Assembly (NCBI RefSeq): GCF_000737315.1
Contig: NZ_JMCB01000015.1
Span: forward strand, 186,001 to 250,000
DNA: 64,000 bases
Direction: 5' to 3'
From: Hyalangium minutum
GTDB lineage: Bacteria; Myxococcota; Myxococcia; Myxococcales; Myxococcaceae
Under the pieces are notes generated by a model. The model made no database searches and was not told where the DNA came from. It saw only the letters and a list, made by a program, of their open reading frames with translations. Within the stretch, counting starts at the first letter, position 1. Each line of letters opens with the position of its first letter. The translations under genes and the position numbers were made by a program. Shown one piece after another: positions 1 to 8,886 of the stretch.

Positions 1-475
1 GCGGGCCGAGGTGCTGGCCACCCTGGACTTCACCGGCGCCCTGGGCGAGACGAATGTCAGCTCGTTAGGAGTAGAGCAGGTGTTCTTCGTGCTCCGGGAC
101 GGGGATTGGGTGCCCGAGACGCTGGCGGCACCTCGGCTGGCGGCGGTGGTGAGGGCGCTGGAGGCCCGCCGGAGGGCCTTGGATCAAGGGGATGCGGCGG
201 CGCTGGCCCAGCTCTGGGGGCCAGGGGAAGAAGACGGCGGGGGTGGGTCGGTGGGAGTAGGAGAGCCCGAGCTGGACACGGTGCTGGCCCTCAAGCAGCG
301 GCGCTACAGGGCTGAAGCATGGTTCCTCCGCCTGGAGCGGGAGGACGCCGTGGCCACCGAGCACTGGCGCCTCCAGGGGGATCTCCCCTCCCGGCCCGTG
401 GACCAGCAGGGGGAGCGCCACTTGAATCTCCTGCGCCGTGGAGAGGAATTCTTGTTTTCGGCGGCAGTCAGGTAG
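1..475 (+). CDS. Hypothetical protein, 5'-truncated by the window edge
   Basis: Frame is open from base 2 (RAEVLATLDF...) to the stop at 475, and the next gene follows 39 bp later. No family recognised. Confidence 0.6.
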   Translation, partial: RAEVLATLDFTGALGETNVSSLGVEQVFFVLRDGDWVPETLAAPRLAAVVRALEARRRALDQGDAAALAQLWGPGEEDGGGGSVGVGEPELDTVLALKQRRYRAEAWFLRLEREDAVATEHWRLQGDLPSRPVDQQGERHLNLLRRGEEFLFSAAVR

Positions 476-513
476 GCTAACGGTCTGATCGCCAGCTTTG
501 GCGAGGTTGGGAC

Positions 514-1239
514 ATGGACGAGGCCCTCAAGCAGATCCTCACCCTCGGGCGGGGGTATTTCGACAAGAAGCAGTACGCGCAGGCCGAGCAGTATCTGGCC
601 CAGGTGGTCGAGCGTCACCAGACGTTCGCCGACGTGTACAACATGCTCGGCGTCATCTACCACGACCAGGGGCAGTTCGCCCGGGCACAGCGGGCGTTCG
701 AATCCGCGCTCCGCATCAACCCGGCCTATACCGAGGCGGCCCTGAACCTGGCCGTCATCTACAACGACATGGGCAAGTATGCCGAGGCGAAGGAGGTCTA
801 CCAGAACGCCCTCGCCCGGCAGAAGAACGGCCCCGGGGACATGGACCCCTTCGTCAAGGGGAAGATCGCCAACATGTACGCCGACATCGGCAACGTGTTC
901 GCCTCCAACTCCGCCTGGGAGCAGGCCATTGGCGAGTACCAGCGCGCCCTGGGCCTGTGCCCTCAGTTCGTGGACATTCGCGTCAAGCTGGGGGATGCCC
1001 TGCGGGATGCGGGCCGCCACGCCGAGGCCATCAAGGAGTTTGAGCAGGCCATCGAGCAGAACCCGGGCTTCATGCCGGGTCGCATCCATTATGGAATCGC
1101 GCTTTACTCCGCGGGCCAGCGGGCGGAGGCGGTGAAGGTGTGGGAGGACGTGCTGGCGCGCGATCCGGACAACAAGAGCGCGCGGATGTACCTCAATCTG
1201 GTGAAGGAACCGGCGGGGAAGGCCGAGCAGGCGGGCTGA
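514..1239 (+). CDS. Tetratricopeptide repeat protein
   Basis: Several TPR-like helical repeats (YNMLGVIY, ALNLAVIY, KLGDALRD, HYGIALYS) and strong GC3 bias. Confidence 0.9.
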   Translation: MDEALKQILTLGRGYFDKKQYAQAEQYLAQVVERHQTFADVYNMLGVIYHDQGQFARAQRAFESALRINPAYTEAALNLAVIYNDMGKYAEAKEVYQNALARQKNGPGDMDPFVKGKIANMYADIGNVFASNSAWEQAIGEYQRALGLCPQFVDIRVKLGDALRDAGRHAEAIKEFEQAIEQNPGFMPGRIHYGIALYSAGQRAEAVKVWEDVLARDPDNKSARMYLNLVKEPAGKAEQAG

Positions 1240-1276
1240 TATTCATGGAAACCCTCTTCATCGAGGTCCCGGTACC

Positions 1277-2218
1277 GTGAGCACACCGAGCGGGTCGAAG
1301 GCGTACGCCCTGAAGTTCATCTCTGGGAAGTACCAGGGTGGCGAGTTCCCCCTGAAGCAGGACAAGCAGATCGTCATCGGCCGGTCCAGCGAACTGGACA
1401 TGGTGCTGGTGGAGGACATGGTCTCGCGCAAGCACGCGAAGATCATGATCGCCAGCGGCGCCATCACCATCGAAGACCTGGGCTCCACCAACGGCACCTT
1501 CGTCAACGGTGAGAAGGTGAAGCAGGCCCGGCTCAAGGAGGGCGATCGCATCCTGATCGGCACCTCCATCCTCAAGCTCATCCAGCAGGGCGCCGACTCG
1601 GTCAACGTGGACGAGAACGTCGTCAAGCAGAAGCTCGAGGAGGCCGCGGCGGCCCAGGCGGCCCGCTCCACGAAGACGTCGTCCATGACGGGGAAGATCG
1701 AGGAGATCCCCCTGCCGGACCTGCTGCAGCTCTTCCACACGTCGAAGAAGAACGGCGTGCTCGTCATCACCAACGAGCGCGAGGGGAAGATCTACCTGCG
1801 CCAGGGTCGCGTGTACTACGCGGTCATCGACGAGAACCACAACCTGGGGCCGCAGAAGAGCTTCAACCGCATCATCACCTGGGAAGTGGGCGACTTCGAG
1901 CTGCGCCCGGCGGACAACCAGGAGTTCATGGTGGAGCTGGACTCGTCCACCGAGGCGCTGCTGATGGACGCGCTTCGCCAGCTGGACGAGTTCAAGCGCA
2001 TCCAGGGGCAGCTGCCGGACATCAACATGGCCATGCGCCTGTCCCAGCCGCTGACGGCTCCGCTCAAGGAACTGACGCCCGAGCTGCTGGATGTGCTGCA
2101 GCTGGTGCACAACTACGGCAGCCTCGCGGGCGTGCTGGACCATGCGGACCAGGACGACGTGCTCACCGCCGAGGCGGTGGTGCAGCTGCTCAAGCGCGAA
2201 TACATCACCGCGGGGTAA
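1277..2218 (+). CDS. FHA domain / DUF4388 (PATAN-like) protein
   Basis: FHA motifs IGRSSELD, VSRKHAKI and DLGSTNGTFVNG; C-terminal GKIEEIPLPDLLQLFHTSKKNGVL is typical of DUF4388. Confidence 0.9.
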   Translation: MSTPSGSKAYALKFISGKYQGGEFPLKQDKQIVIGRSSELDMVLVEDMVSRKHAKIMIASGAITIEDLGSTNGTFVNGEKVKQARLKEGDRILIGTSILKLIQQGADSVNVDENVVKQKLEEAAAAQAARSTKTSSMTGKIEEIPLPDLLQLFHTSKKNGVLVITNEREGKIYLRQGRVYYAVIDENHNLGPQKSFNRIITWEVGDFELRPADNQEFMVELDSSTEALLMDALRQLDEFKRIQGQLPDINMAMRLSQPLTAPLKELTPELLDVLQLVHNYGSLAGVLDHADQDDVLTAEAVVQLLKREYITAG

Positions 2219-2222
2219 GGCC

Positions 2223-3278
2223 ATGGCGGACGAACTGCAGAAGCCCAAGCGGCTCACCGAATTGAGTCACTGTGCGGGCTGAGCGGCAAAGCTCCGGCCC
2301 GCGGATCTGGCGCAGGTCTTGCGTCACTTGAAGAGAGCGAAGGGTCCTCAGGCGTTGGTGGGGTTCGCCACCAACGATGACGCGGCCGTGTACCGTGTGG
2401 CGCCCGGCCTGGCCGTGGTGGAGACGGTGGACTTCTTCCCGCCCGTGGTGGACGACCCGTTCCAGTTCGGGGCCATCGCCGCGGCGAACGCGCTCTCGGA
2501 CATCTATGCGATGGGGGCGCGGCCTATCTTCGCGCTCAACCTGGTGGGCTTCCCCAAGGAGCTGCCGCTCTCCATCCTCTCGAAGATCCTGGCGGGTGGG
2601 CAGTCGAAGGCGGACGAGGCGGGCATCCCCATCCTCGGCGGCCACAGCGTGCAGGACCCCGAGCCCAAGTACGGCATGGCCGTCACCGGCGTGGTGCACC
2701 CGAAGAAGGTGCTCACCAATGCGGGGGCGAAGCCGGGGGACGTGCTCATTCTCACCAAGCCGCTGGGCTCGGGGATCGCCACCACGGCTATCAAGCGGGG
2801 CGTGGCCTCCAAGGCGCTGATGAAGCGCGTGGTGGGCGTCATGTCTCAGCTCAACCGCGCCGCCGGAGAGACGTTCGCCTCGGGCAAGTTCAAGGTGAAC
2901 GCGCTCACGGATGTGACGGGCTTCGGCCTGCTGGGGCACCTGCTGGAGATGATGACGGGCGCCAAGACTCGGGCCCTGCTGTCGCTGGAGCGCATCCCCA
3001 TCATCCAGGACGTGCCGGCGCTGGCCTCCCAGGGCGTGGTGCCGGGCGGGACGAAGGCCAACCTCGCCCATGTGAGCAAGCGCGTGCGCTTCCCCGAGGG
3101 ACTGCCCGAGGAGATTCAGTGGGTGCTCGCGGACGCGCAGACCAATGGAGGGCTGCTGGCCTCCGTGCCGGCCCGCGACGCGCGCAAGGCGTTCCTCGCC
3201 CTGGACAAGGCGGGGGTGGATGCCGCCCTCATTGGCGAGGTGGCTCGCGGCCGCCCGGGGATTGATGTCGTGGGCTGA
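2223..3278 (+). CDS. selD: Selenide, water dikinase (selenophosphate synthetase), predicted selenoprotein with UGA at 2280-2282
   Basis: ATG at 2223 gives MADELQKPKRLTELSHCAG-UGA-AAKLRPADL in frame with SelD motifs (DDAAVY, TVDFF, GAIAAANALSDIYAMG, TDVTGFGLLGHL, DAQTNGGLL). The UGA is at the catalytic Cys/Sec position. Confidence 0.92.
2300..2323 (+). promoter_or_regulatory. Candidate bacterial SECIS hairpin in selD
   Basis: CGCG-GATCT[GGCGC]AGGTC-TTGCG forms a stem with a bulged U and a G-containing apical loop starting 26 nt after the UGA. Confidence 0.65.
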
Positions 3279-3332
3279 AGGCCTGGGTGGGATTCACCCC
3301 AGGGCTCCGGCTTCGATAGCATTCCGAGCGCC

Positions 3333-4157
3333 ATGACGCTCCGCACCATCGTCCCGCTCCTGTTGCTGCTCCTGGCCCCGTCTGCTCGCGCTGAGCGCGG
3401 CCTTCGCATCGTCATTGATCCGGGCCACGGTGGCTCCCAAGAGGGGGCCAAGGGGCCGGGCACCCTGCAAGAGAAGGACGTGGTGCTCCAGCTGGCGAAG
3501 CGGCTGCGGGAGCGGCTGGAGAAGGAGGTGGGGGCGCAGGTGTTCCTCACCCGCGAGAAGGACGGGACGCTGCCCCTGCCGGACCGCGTGCACTTCGCCA
3601 ACGGCAAGCGGCCGGATGTGTTCCTCTCCATCCACGCCAACTCCATGCCCACCAAGAAGCTGCGCGAGCGCATCGAGGGCATCGAGACGTACTTCCTGTC
3701 GGCGACAGCCTCGGGAGCGGGGGCGCGCTCGGTGGCGGACCGCGAGAACGCGGATGGGCCCTCGGGGCAGGCGGCCCAGAATGACTCGGCGCTGAACTTC
3801 ATCCTGCATGACCTGGTGCGGATGGAGGCCCACGTGGGCTCGTCGCGGCTGGCCTACTCCATCCACGAGAAGCTCATCGCCGCCACGGGGGCCGAGGACC
3901 GGGGCGTGCTGCAGGCGCCCTTCTTCGTGCTCACGGGCGTGGAGGCCCCGGCGGTGCTCATCGAGGTGGGTTACATCTCGCACCCCCAGGAGGGCGTGCA
4001 GCTGGGGCGCGCCGAGTACCAGGACAAGCTGGTGGGAGCCATCACCGAGGGGGTGAAGGGCTTCCTGCGCGAGCTGAACAAGCGGGACCACAAGGGAGGG
4101 GAGCCTTCCGGCGAGCCGGCGGAAGGTGCGCCAGTGGCCAGTCCCGCATCTCCTTGA
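3333..4157 (+). CDS. N-acetylmuramoyl-L-alanine amidase (Amidase_3)
   Basis: IDPGHGG, SIHANS and AVLIEVGYISH motifs; N-terminal signal peptide. Confidence 0.93.
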   Translation: MTLRTIVPLLLLLLAPSARAERGLRIVIDPGHGGSQEGAKGPGTLQEKDVVLQLAKRLRERLEKEVGAQVFLTREKDGTLPLPDRVHFANGKRPDVFLSIHANSMPTKKLRERIEGIETYFLSATASGAGARSVADRENADGPSGQAAQNDSALNFILHDLVRMEAHVGSSRLAYSIHEKLIAATGAEDRGVLQAPFFVLTGVEAPAVLIEVGYISHPQEGVQLGRAEYQDKLVGAITEGVKGFLRELNKRDHKGGEPSGEPAEGAPVASPASP

Positions 4158-4215
4158 GCCGGAAGGGGCGGGCTCTGGTAGAGAGCGGACCTCTCTCTAG
4201 CCCGAGGAGCTGCCC

Positions 4216-4929
4216 GTGCGGTCCTTTCAACGCGGAGCGCTGGATCTTCGCCCCGTCACCCTGACGCCTGGTGTGAACCGTCACGCCGAGGGCTCCACCC
4301 AGGTGGAGTTCGGCCACACCCGCGTCATCGTCACCTGCTCGATAGAGGAGCGCGTGCCGCCGCACCTGATGGGGAAGGGGACCGGCTGGGTGACGGCCGA
4401 GTACGGCATGCTCCCGCGCTCCACGCATACCCGCACCCAGCGCGAGGCCGCCAAGGGCAAGCAGACCGGCCGGACCATGGAGATTCAGCGCCTCATCGGC
4501 CGCTCCATGCGCGCGGCGATCGATCTCGCGGCGCTGGGGCCTCGCACCCTGACGCTGGACTGCGATGTCATCCAGGCGGACGGTGGCACGCGCACCGCGT
4601 CTATTACGGGCGCGTACGTGGCGCTGGTGATGGCGCTGCGCAACCTGCAGAGCCGGGGCGTCATGTCGAAGATTCCGAGCCTCACGCCGCTGGCCGCGGT
4701 CTCCGTGGGCGTGGTGAACGGCGAGGTGCGGGTGGACCTCGACTATGAGGAGGACTCGAGCGCGGACGTGGACCTGAACCTGGTGGCCACAGGGGACGGG
4801 CGCATCGTCGAGGTGCAGGGCACGGCTGAGCACAAGCTCTTCGACCGGAAGCTGCTGGACGGGATGCTCGATGGTGGTCTCGCGGCCATCCAGCAGCTCA
4901 CGGCGGCGCAGGCGAAGGTGCTGGGATGA
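4216..4929 (+). CDS. rph: Ribonuclease PH
   Basis: [27 protein letters not shown] and [18 protein letters not shown] motifs. Confidence 0.97.
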   Translation: MRSFQRGALDLRPVTLTPGVNRHAEGSTQVEFGHTRVIVTCSIEERVPPHLMGKGTGWVTAEYGMLPRSTHTRTQREAAKGKQTGRTMEIQRLIGRSMRAAIDLAALGPRTLTLDCDVIQADGGTRTASITGAYVALVMALRNLQSRGVMSKIPSLTPLAAVSVGVVNGEVRVDLDYEEDSSADVDLNLVATGDGRIVEVQGTAEHKLFDRKLLDGMLDGGLAAIQQLTAAQAKVLG

Positions 4930-5522
4930 AGCCCCGGCTGCTGTTTGCCACCACCAACCCCGGCAAGCTGAAGGAGCTGCGCCTGCTGGTGGGGGACGCG
5001 GTGGAGCTGGTGTCCTTGAAGGACCTGCCACCCATCCCCGAGCCGGTGGAGGACGGGACGACCTTCGAGGCCAATGCGGAGAAGAAGGCCCGGGAGTACG
5101 CGGCGGCCTCGGGGCTGCCCACCCTGGCGGACGACTCGGGGCTCTGCGTGGACACCCTGGGCGGGCGGCCAGGCGTCCACTCGGCGCGCTATGCCCCCGG
5201 AGATGACCGGGCGAGGTACCTGAAGCTCCTCGGGGAGCTCGAGGGGATGCCGGAGGAGCGCCGGACGGCTGCGTTCCAGTGCGCCCTGTGCCTGGCGATT
5301 CCTGGCAAGGGGGCGAAGGTGGAGGTGGGGCGCTGCGAGGGACGCATCCTCACGGCTCCTCGGGGCACCCACGGCTTCGGGTACGACCCGGTGTTCTTCG
5401 TGCCGTCGCTGGGGAAGACGGTGGCGGAGCTGGCGCCGGAGGAGAAGGCGGCGGTGTCGCATCGCGGACAGGCCTTCCGGAAGATGTTACCGGCGCTGCT
5501 GGCGCTCCAAGCAGGCGGGTAG
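4926..5522 (+). CDS. rdgB: Non-canonical purine NTP pyrophosphatase (RdgB/HAM1)
   Basis: [32 protein letters not shown] and SHRG motifs; 4-bp overlap with rph. Confidence 0.96.
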   Translation: MKPRLLFATTNPGKLKELRLLVGDAVELVSLKDLPPIPEPVEDGTTFEANAEKKAREYAAASGLPTLADDSGLCVDTLGGRPGVHSARYAPGDDRARYLKLLGELEGMPEERRTAAFQCALCLAIPGKGAKVEVGRCEGRILTAPRGTHGFGYDPVFFVPSLGKTVAELAPEEKAAVSHRGQAFRKMLPALLALQAGG

Positions 5523-5587
5523 CAAACACGTCAGTCAGGTTCACCTTGCACGTCCGTGCGCAATGTCACAAGAATGGCCGTCTTCAT

Positions 5588-5665
<78 letters not shown>

Positions 5666-5686
5666 GAAGAAGTAGGGACGGTAGAA

Positions 5687-5763
5687 GCTCCAGTAGCTCA
5701 GCTGGATAGAGCATCGGCCTTCTAAGCCGGGGGTCGCAGGTTCGAGTCCTGCCTGGGGCGCCA
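5687..5763 (+). tRNA. tRNA-Arg(TCT)
   Basis: Acceptor GCTCCAG/CTGGGGC, anticodon loop CTTCTAA, GTTCGAGTC T-loop, encoded CCA. Confidence 0.96.
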
Positions 5764-5855
5764 ACCTTCCTGGAGCAAAATTGGGCCTTGTCAGGCTCCC
5801 GGCTTCCGCGATAGGGAAGCCGCCCGTTTCACCTTGTGGTACGTAGCAGCAGCAC

Positions 5856-5930
5856 GGCGGCCATAGCTCAACTGGTTAGAGCGCTGGACTGTGACTCCAG
5901 AGGTTACCGGTTCGACCCCGGTTGGCCGCC
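5856..5930 (+). tRNA. tRNA-His(GTG)
   Basis: G-1 plus GCGGCCA/TGGCCGC acceptor with C73; anticodon arm CTGGA-CTGTGAC-TCCAG. Confidence 0.95.
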
Positions 5931-5946
5931 CACCTTTTCTCCCCAA

Positions 5947-6020
5947 GCGCCTATAGCTCAACTGGATAGAGCATTGGCCTTCGAAGCCAAGGGTTGGGGG
6001 TTCAAGTCCCTCTGGGCGCG
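5947..6020 (+). tRNA. tRNA-Arg(TCG)
   Basis: Acceptor GCGCCTA/TGGGCGC, anticodon arm TTGGC-CTTCGAA-GCCAA, GTTCAAGTC T-loop. Confidence 0.93.
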
Positions 6021-6108
6021 CTCCTGATGGACCAAGAGGCTGGAATCCCTGGGAACCTTCCCTCGGACTCCAGCCTCTTCGCTTTGGGGGCCGCTCTGTA
6101 CTTCTCAC

Positions 6109-7629
6109 TCAGTGAGAAGCGGACGCTCGCCAGTCCTCGCGGCGCTGCGCCTGAGCCGCTTTCCGCGGCAGAACGATGAGCTGCGTGGGCTCCCGGGCGA
6201 CCACCCGCAGAGCGTGAGCGGCCTCCATCAGCACGGAGCTTCGCGTCGTCACCCACATCCCCGCGCGCTCGAACTCCACCCGCCCCGAGAGTACGAACAA
6301 GGAGCAGCCTTCCTCCACGGAGAGTGACTCCTGGAGGGCCAGCTCGCGGTGCTGGCCCTGCCGCAGCCATGCCAACCGTCCCTTGCGGCCGAGCGGGCTG
6401 AAGCGGGTGTTGTCCCGCACCAGATCATCGAAGCGGCGGCCGGCGAAGGTCTGCCAGACCCCCTGCCGCAGGTGGGCATGGGCCGCGAGCAGCGGCAGCA
6501 GCACCGAGCGCGGGATGCGCACGAGCGTCGAGGCCGTGGCGGTGCGGATGGCTGCGGAGCGGCGCTCGCCCGCGAGCATGGCCATCTCTCCGAACACCGC
6601 ACCCGTGCCCAGCTCGTCCACCACCTTCTCCTCGCCTCCGTCCTCCGCGAGCACATAGGCGGCGCCGCGCACCAGCAGGTACAGCTCATCGCTGGCGTCT
6701 CCCTTGCGGAAGACGTGCTGGCCCGCGGGCAGCGTGAGGAACTCCGCGCGGCGGACCAGCGCCTCCAGGGTGGGCGTGTCGAAGTGGGCGAAGAGCGGTG
6801 ACTGACGCACCTGCTTCATCCCGTGGGAGCGCAGCAGGCGGGCGGCCCCCGGCAGCTTCCGCGCCAGCGCCTTCACCGTCTCCACGGGTTGGCGCAGCTT
6901 GCGCCCGCACACCGTCCGAACGAGGTGCGCCATGTTGCTCACGGTCAACGGCACCAGCGTCATCAGCCCGTGCCCCTCGCCGTAGCTGGGATTGGCTTCC
7001 GTGAAGAAGCGGGCCGCCGGCTTGTCACAGTGCTGCCAGTACTCCCGCTCCACCTCCGTCTCGCGCGTCTTCCAGCCCACCTGCCGCACGAGGGGCCGCT
7101 CTGGCGTCACCTGCTTGAGCCCGAATCCGCTGGCCAGCTCCCCGATGAAGGACTGCAGCTCGGGGGGAACCGCCCCCTCGCGCTGGGGCCACACCTGGCC
7201 AAAGTACCGGGCCAGCAGCGTGTAGCTGGAGGGGTGCACCAGCGCCCCGAGGTAGTAGGCCCGGCGTCCGGGATTCCGCAGCAGGTAGCTCAGCGCCAGC
7301 GGCATGCCGAAGCGCATGGTGACGTTGCCACCCCGGTAGGCGCGCAGGGAGCCCGCCTCGGCCCGGAACACCGCCGTGGGCACTCCGCCCAGCGTCCGCT
7401 CGAAGATGTGCAGGCCGCAGTAGCCCACGATGTCGCCGGCCTCGTTCCGGTGGATCTGGATCCACGTGTGCTCGGCCTTGGACTCAACGACGTACTGAGT
7501 GAATGCCTCGAACTCCACGCCATCGAAGATCTGCTCGTGGACCGCATAGAGCGCGCGGGCAAGCTGCTGGCGCTCCTCGGCGGACAGGGACTTGGGGACG
7601 ACAACATCGGTGCTGGAGATACGGGACAT
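6109..7629 (-). CDS. GNAT-like acyltransferase domain fused to cyclic nucleotide-binding domain(s)
   Basis: Likely start MSRISST at 7629. The cNMP signature (LYLLVRG...GAVFGEMAMLAGERRSAAIR) is clear and a second degenerate cNMP domain follows. The GNAT-like N-terminus is inferred (IVGYCGLH, FRAEAGSLRAYRGGN). Confidence 0.75.
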   Translation of the reverse strand: MSRISSTDVVVPKSLSAEERQQLARALYAVHEQIFDGVEFEAFTQYVVESKAEHTWIQIHRNEAGDIVGYCGLHIFERTLGGVPTAVFRAEAGSLRAYRGGNVTMRFGMPLALSYLLRNPGRRAYYLGALVHPSSYTLLARYFGQVWPQREGAVPPELQSFIGELASGFGLKQVTPERPLVRQVGWKTRETEVEREYWQHCDKPAARFFTEANPSYGEGHGLMTLVPLTVSNMAHLVRTVCGRKLRQPVETVKALARKLPGAARLLRSHGMKQVRQSPLFAHFDTPTLEALVRRAEFLTLPAGQHVFRKGDASDELYLLVRGAAYVLAEDGGEEKVVDELGTGAVFGEMAMLAGERRSAAIRTATASTLVRIPRSVLLPLLAAHAHLRQGVWQTFAGRRFDDLVRDNTRFSPLGRKGRLAWLRQGQHRELALQESLSVEEGCSLFVLSGRVEFERAGMWVTTRSSVLMEAAHALRVVAREPTQLIVLPRKAAQAQRREDWRASASH

Positions 7630-7859
7630 GGTGGCGTGCTTGGGAAGGGGAGAAGTAAGGGCCTTCCGATGAACGCCACACTGCCGGACGCACCGCCCTG
7701 GCACTGTGAGGCAGCCGACAGCAGGGATGTGAGCGCCTTCACCCGAAAGTCGTTCGGGGCGCTCCTGATGGCCAAAAGGGCAGGTCACCCCAGGGCCGCT
7801 CCACCCTGGCCTATACTCCGGACGCGGTTCCTTGATGAAGGTTCAGGGGGGGCTCTGGG

Positions 7860-8840
7860 ATGGGAGACAACGCTTCGGACACATCGGCGGCCACGCCCTC
7901 CGAGACGCCGTGGGCGCTCGCGCAGCGCCTCGCCGAGCAGGGACTGCCGCTGCTTGCCGTGCGAGAGCGGTTGCTGCAGGCAGGCCTTCCGTCCGATGAC
8001 GTGGCGACGCTGCTTCGTGCGCTCAGCCTGAAGTCCGTGGCGGCCCCGAGTGAGCGCGAACCGGCTCAAGAGCCCAACACCATGGGCGTCCTGGTCGGGG
8101 TGGCCAAGGCGGGGCTGAGCGCACATGTCTTGATCACCCAGGGGAGCTGGGACGCAGGGAAGGTCATGCTCTCCGACATGCTGCAGGTGACCACCGGCTT
8201 CATGGGCGGAGGGCCCGGCGACGCATCCGTGGCACCCGCGCAGCCCAAGACCGCTTCCTCGGAGCAGGTTCCCGTGGAAGTGGCTCCCTTCGAGGTGGCG
8301 GACGGCTCGCCGCGGTGCCGGGTACATCCTCGGCTGCCCGCGGTAGACCTCTGCCCGCGCTGCGGCGCCTCCACGTGTTACACCTGCGCTCGGAAGAAGG
8401 GCTTCGGTGGCAGCGAGTTCTGCACCACTTGCGAGCAGCATCCCTCGGTGCGAGCAGCCCGGGTGAAGAAGGCCTCGCGCTGGCTTGCTGCGGCCATTCT
8501 CCTGGAGACAGGAGTGCTGCTGGGGCTCGGGTTTGTTGCACCGCTGCTCGGCACTCTCGAGGAGGCTGGGTTCTCCATTCCTTCCGAGGTGGTGTTGAGC
8601 CTTCCCTTCGGCTTACTGGGCCTCGTGCAGGGGTTCGTGCGTCACCCGTGGCCCGGCGTGGTAGGGGCCGTCGGCTCGGGAGGGGTGATGCTCGCGATCC
8701 TCTTTGGTGCTCGGGATGAGGTGCCTCCCGAGCTCCTCGTGGCGCTGGTGGCGCCACTGGCCGTCATGCTCTTCGTTCTCGAACGGCTGGCCGCGCGTCG
8801 CAAGGCGCAGCGCGTCCCGCGAGGCGCGAAGGCGGGATGA
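7860..8840 (+). CDS. Membrane protein with a B-box-like Cys/His zinc finger
   Basis: CRVHP...CPRCGASTCYTC...FCTTC cluster followed by about four hydrophobic helices. Confidence 0.7.
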   Translation: MGDNASDTSAATPSETPWALAQRLAEQGLPLLAVRERLLQAGLPSDDVATLLRALSLKSVAAPSEREPAQEPNTMGVLVGVAKAGLSAHVLITQGSWDAGKVMLSDMLQVTTGFMGGGPGDASVAPAQPKTASSEQVPVEVAPFEVADGSPRCRVHPRLPAVDLCPRCGASTCYTCARKKGFGGSEFCTTCEQHPSVRAARVKKASRWLAAAILLETGVLLGLGFVAPLLGTLEEAGFSIPSEVVLSLPFGLLGLVQGFVRHPWPGVVGAVGSGGVMLAILFGARDEVPPELLVALVAPLAVMLFVLERLAARRKAQRVPRGAKAG

Positions 8841-8886
8841 CGCACCTCAAAGTCATCCCGCGCGAGTGAGGCAGGGACCGCGCGGC

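Noticed and set aside
2223-3278. selD as a nonsense pseudogene
   Set aside because: The UGA falls at the catalytic Cys/Sec site with a SECIS-like hairpin, and both halves are intact and in frame.
5546-5575. TTGCAC-N18-AAGAAT promoter for the tRNA cluster
   Set aside because: Both boxes deviate from consensus, so it cannot be supported from sequence alone.
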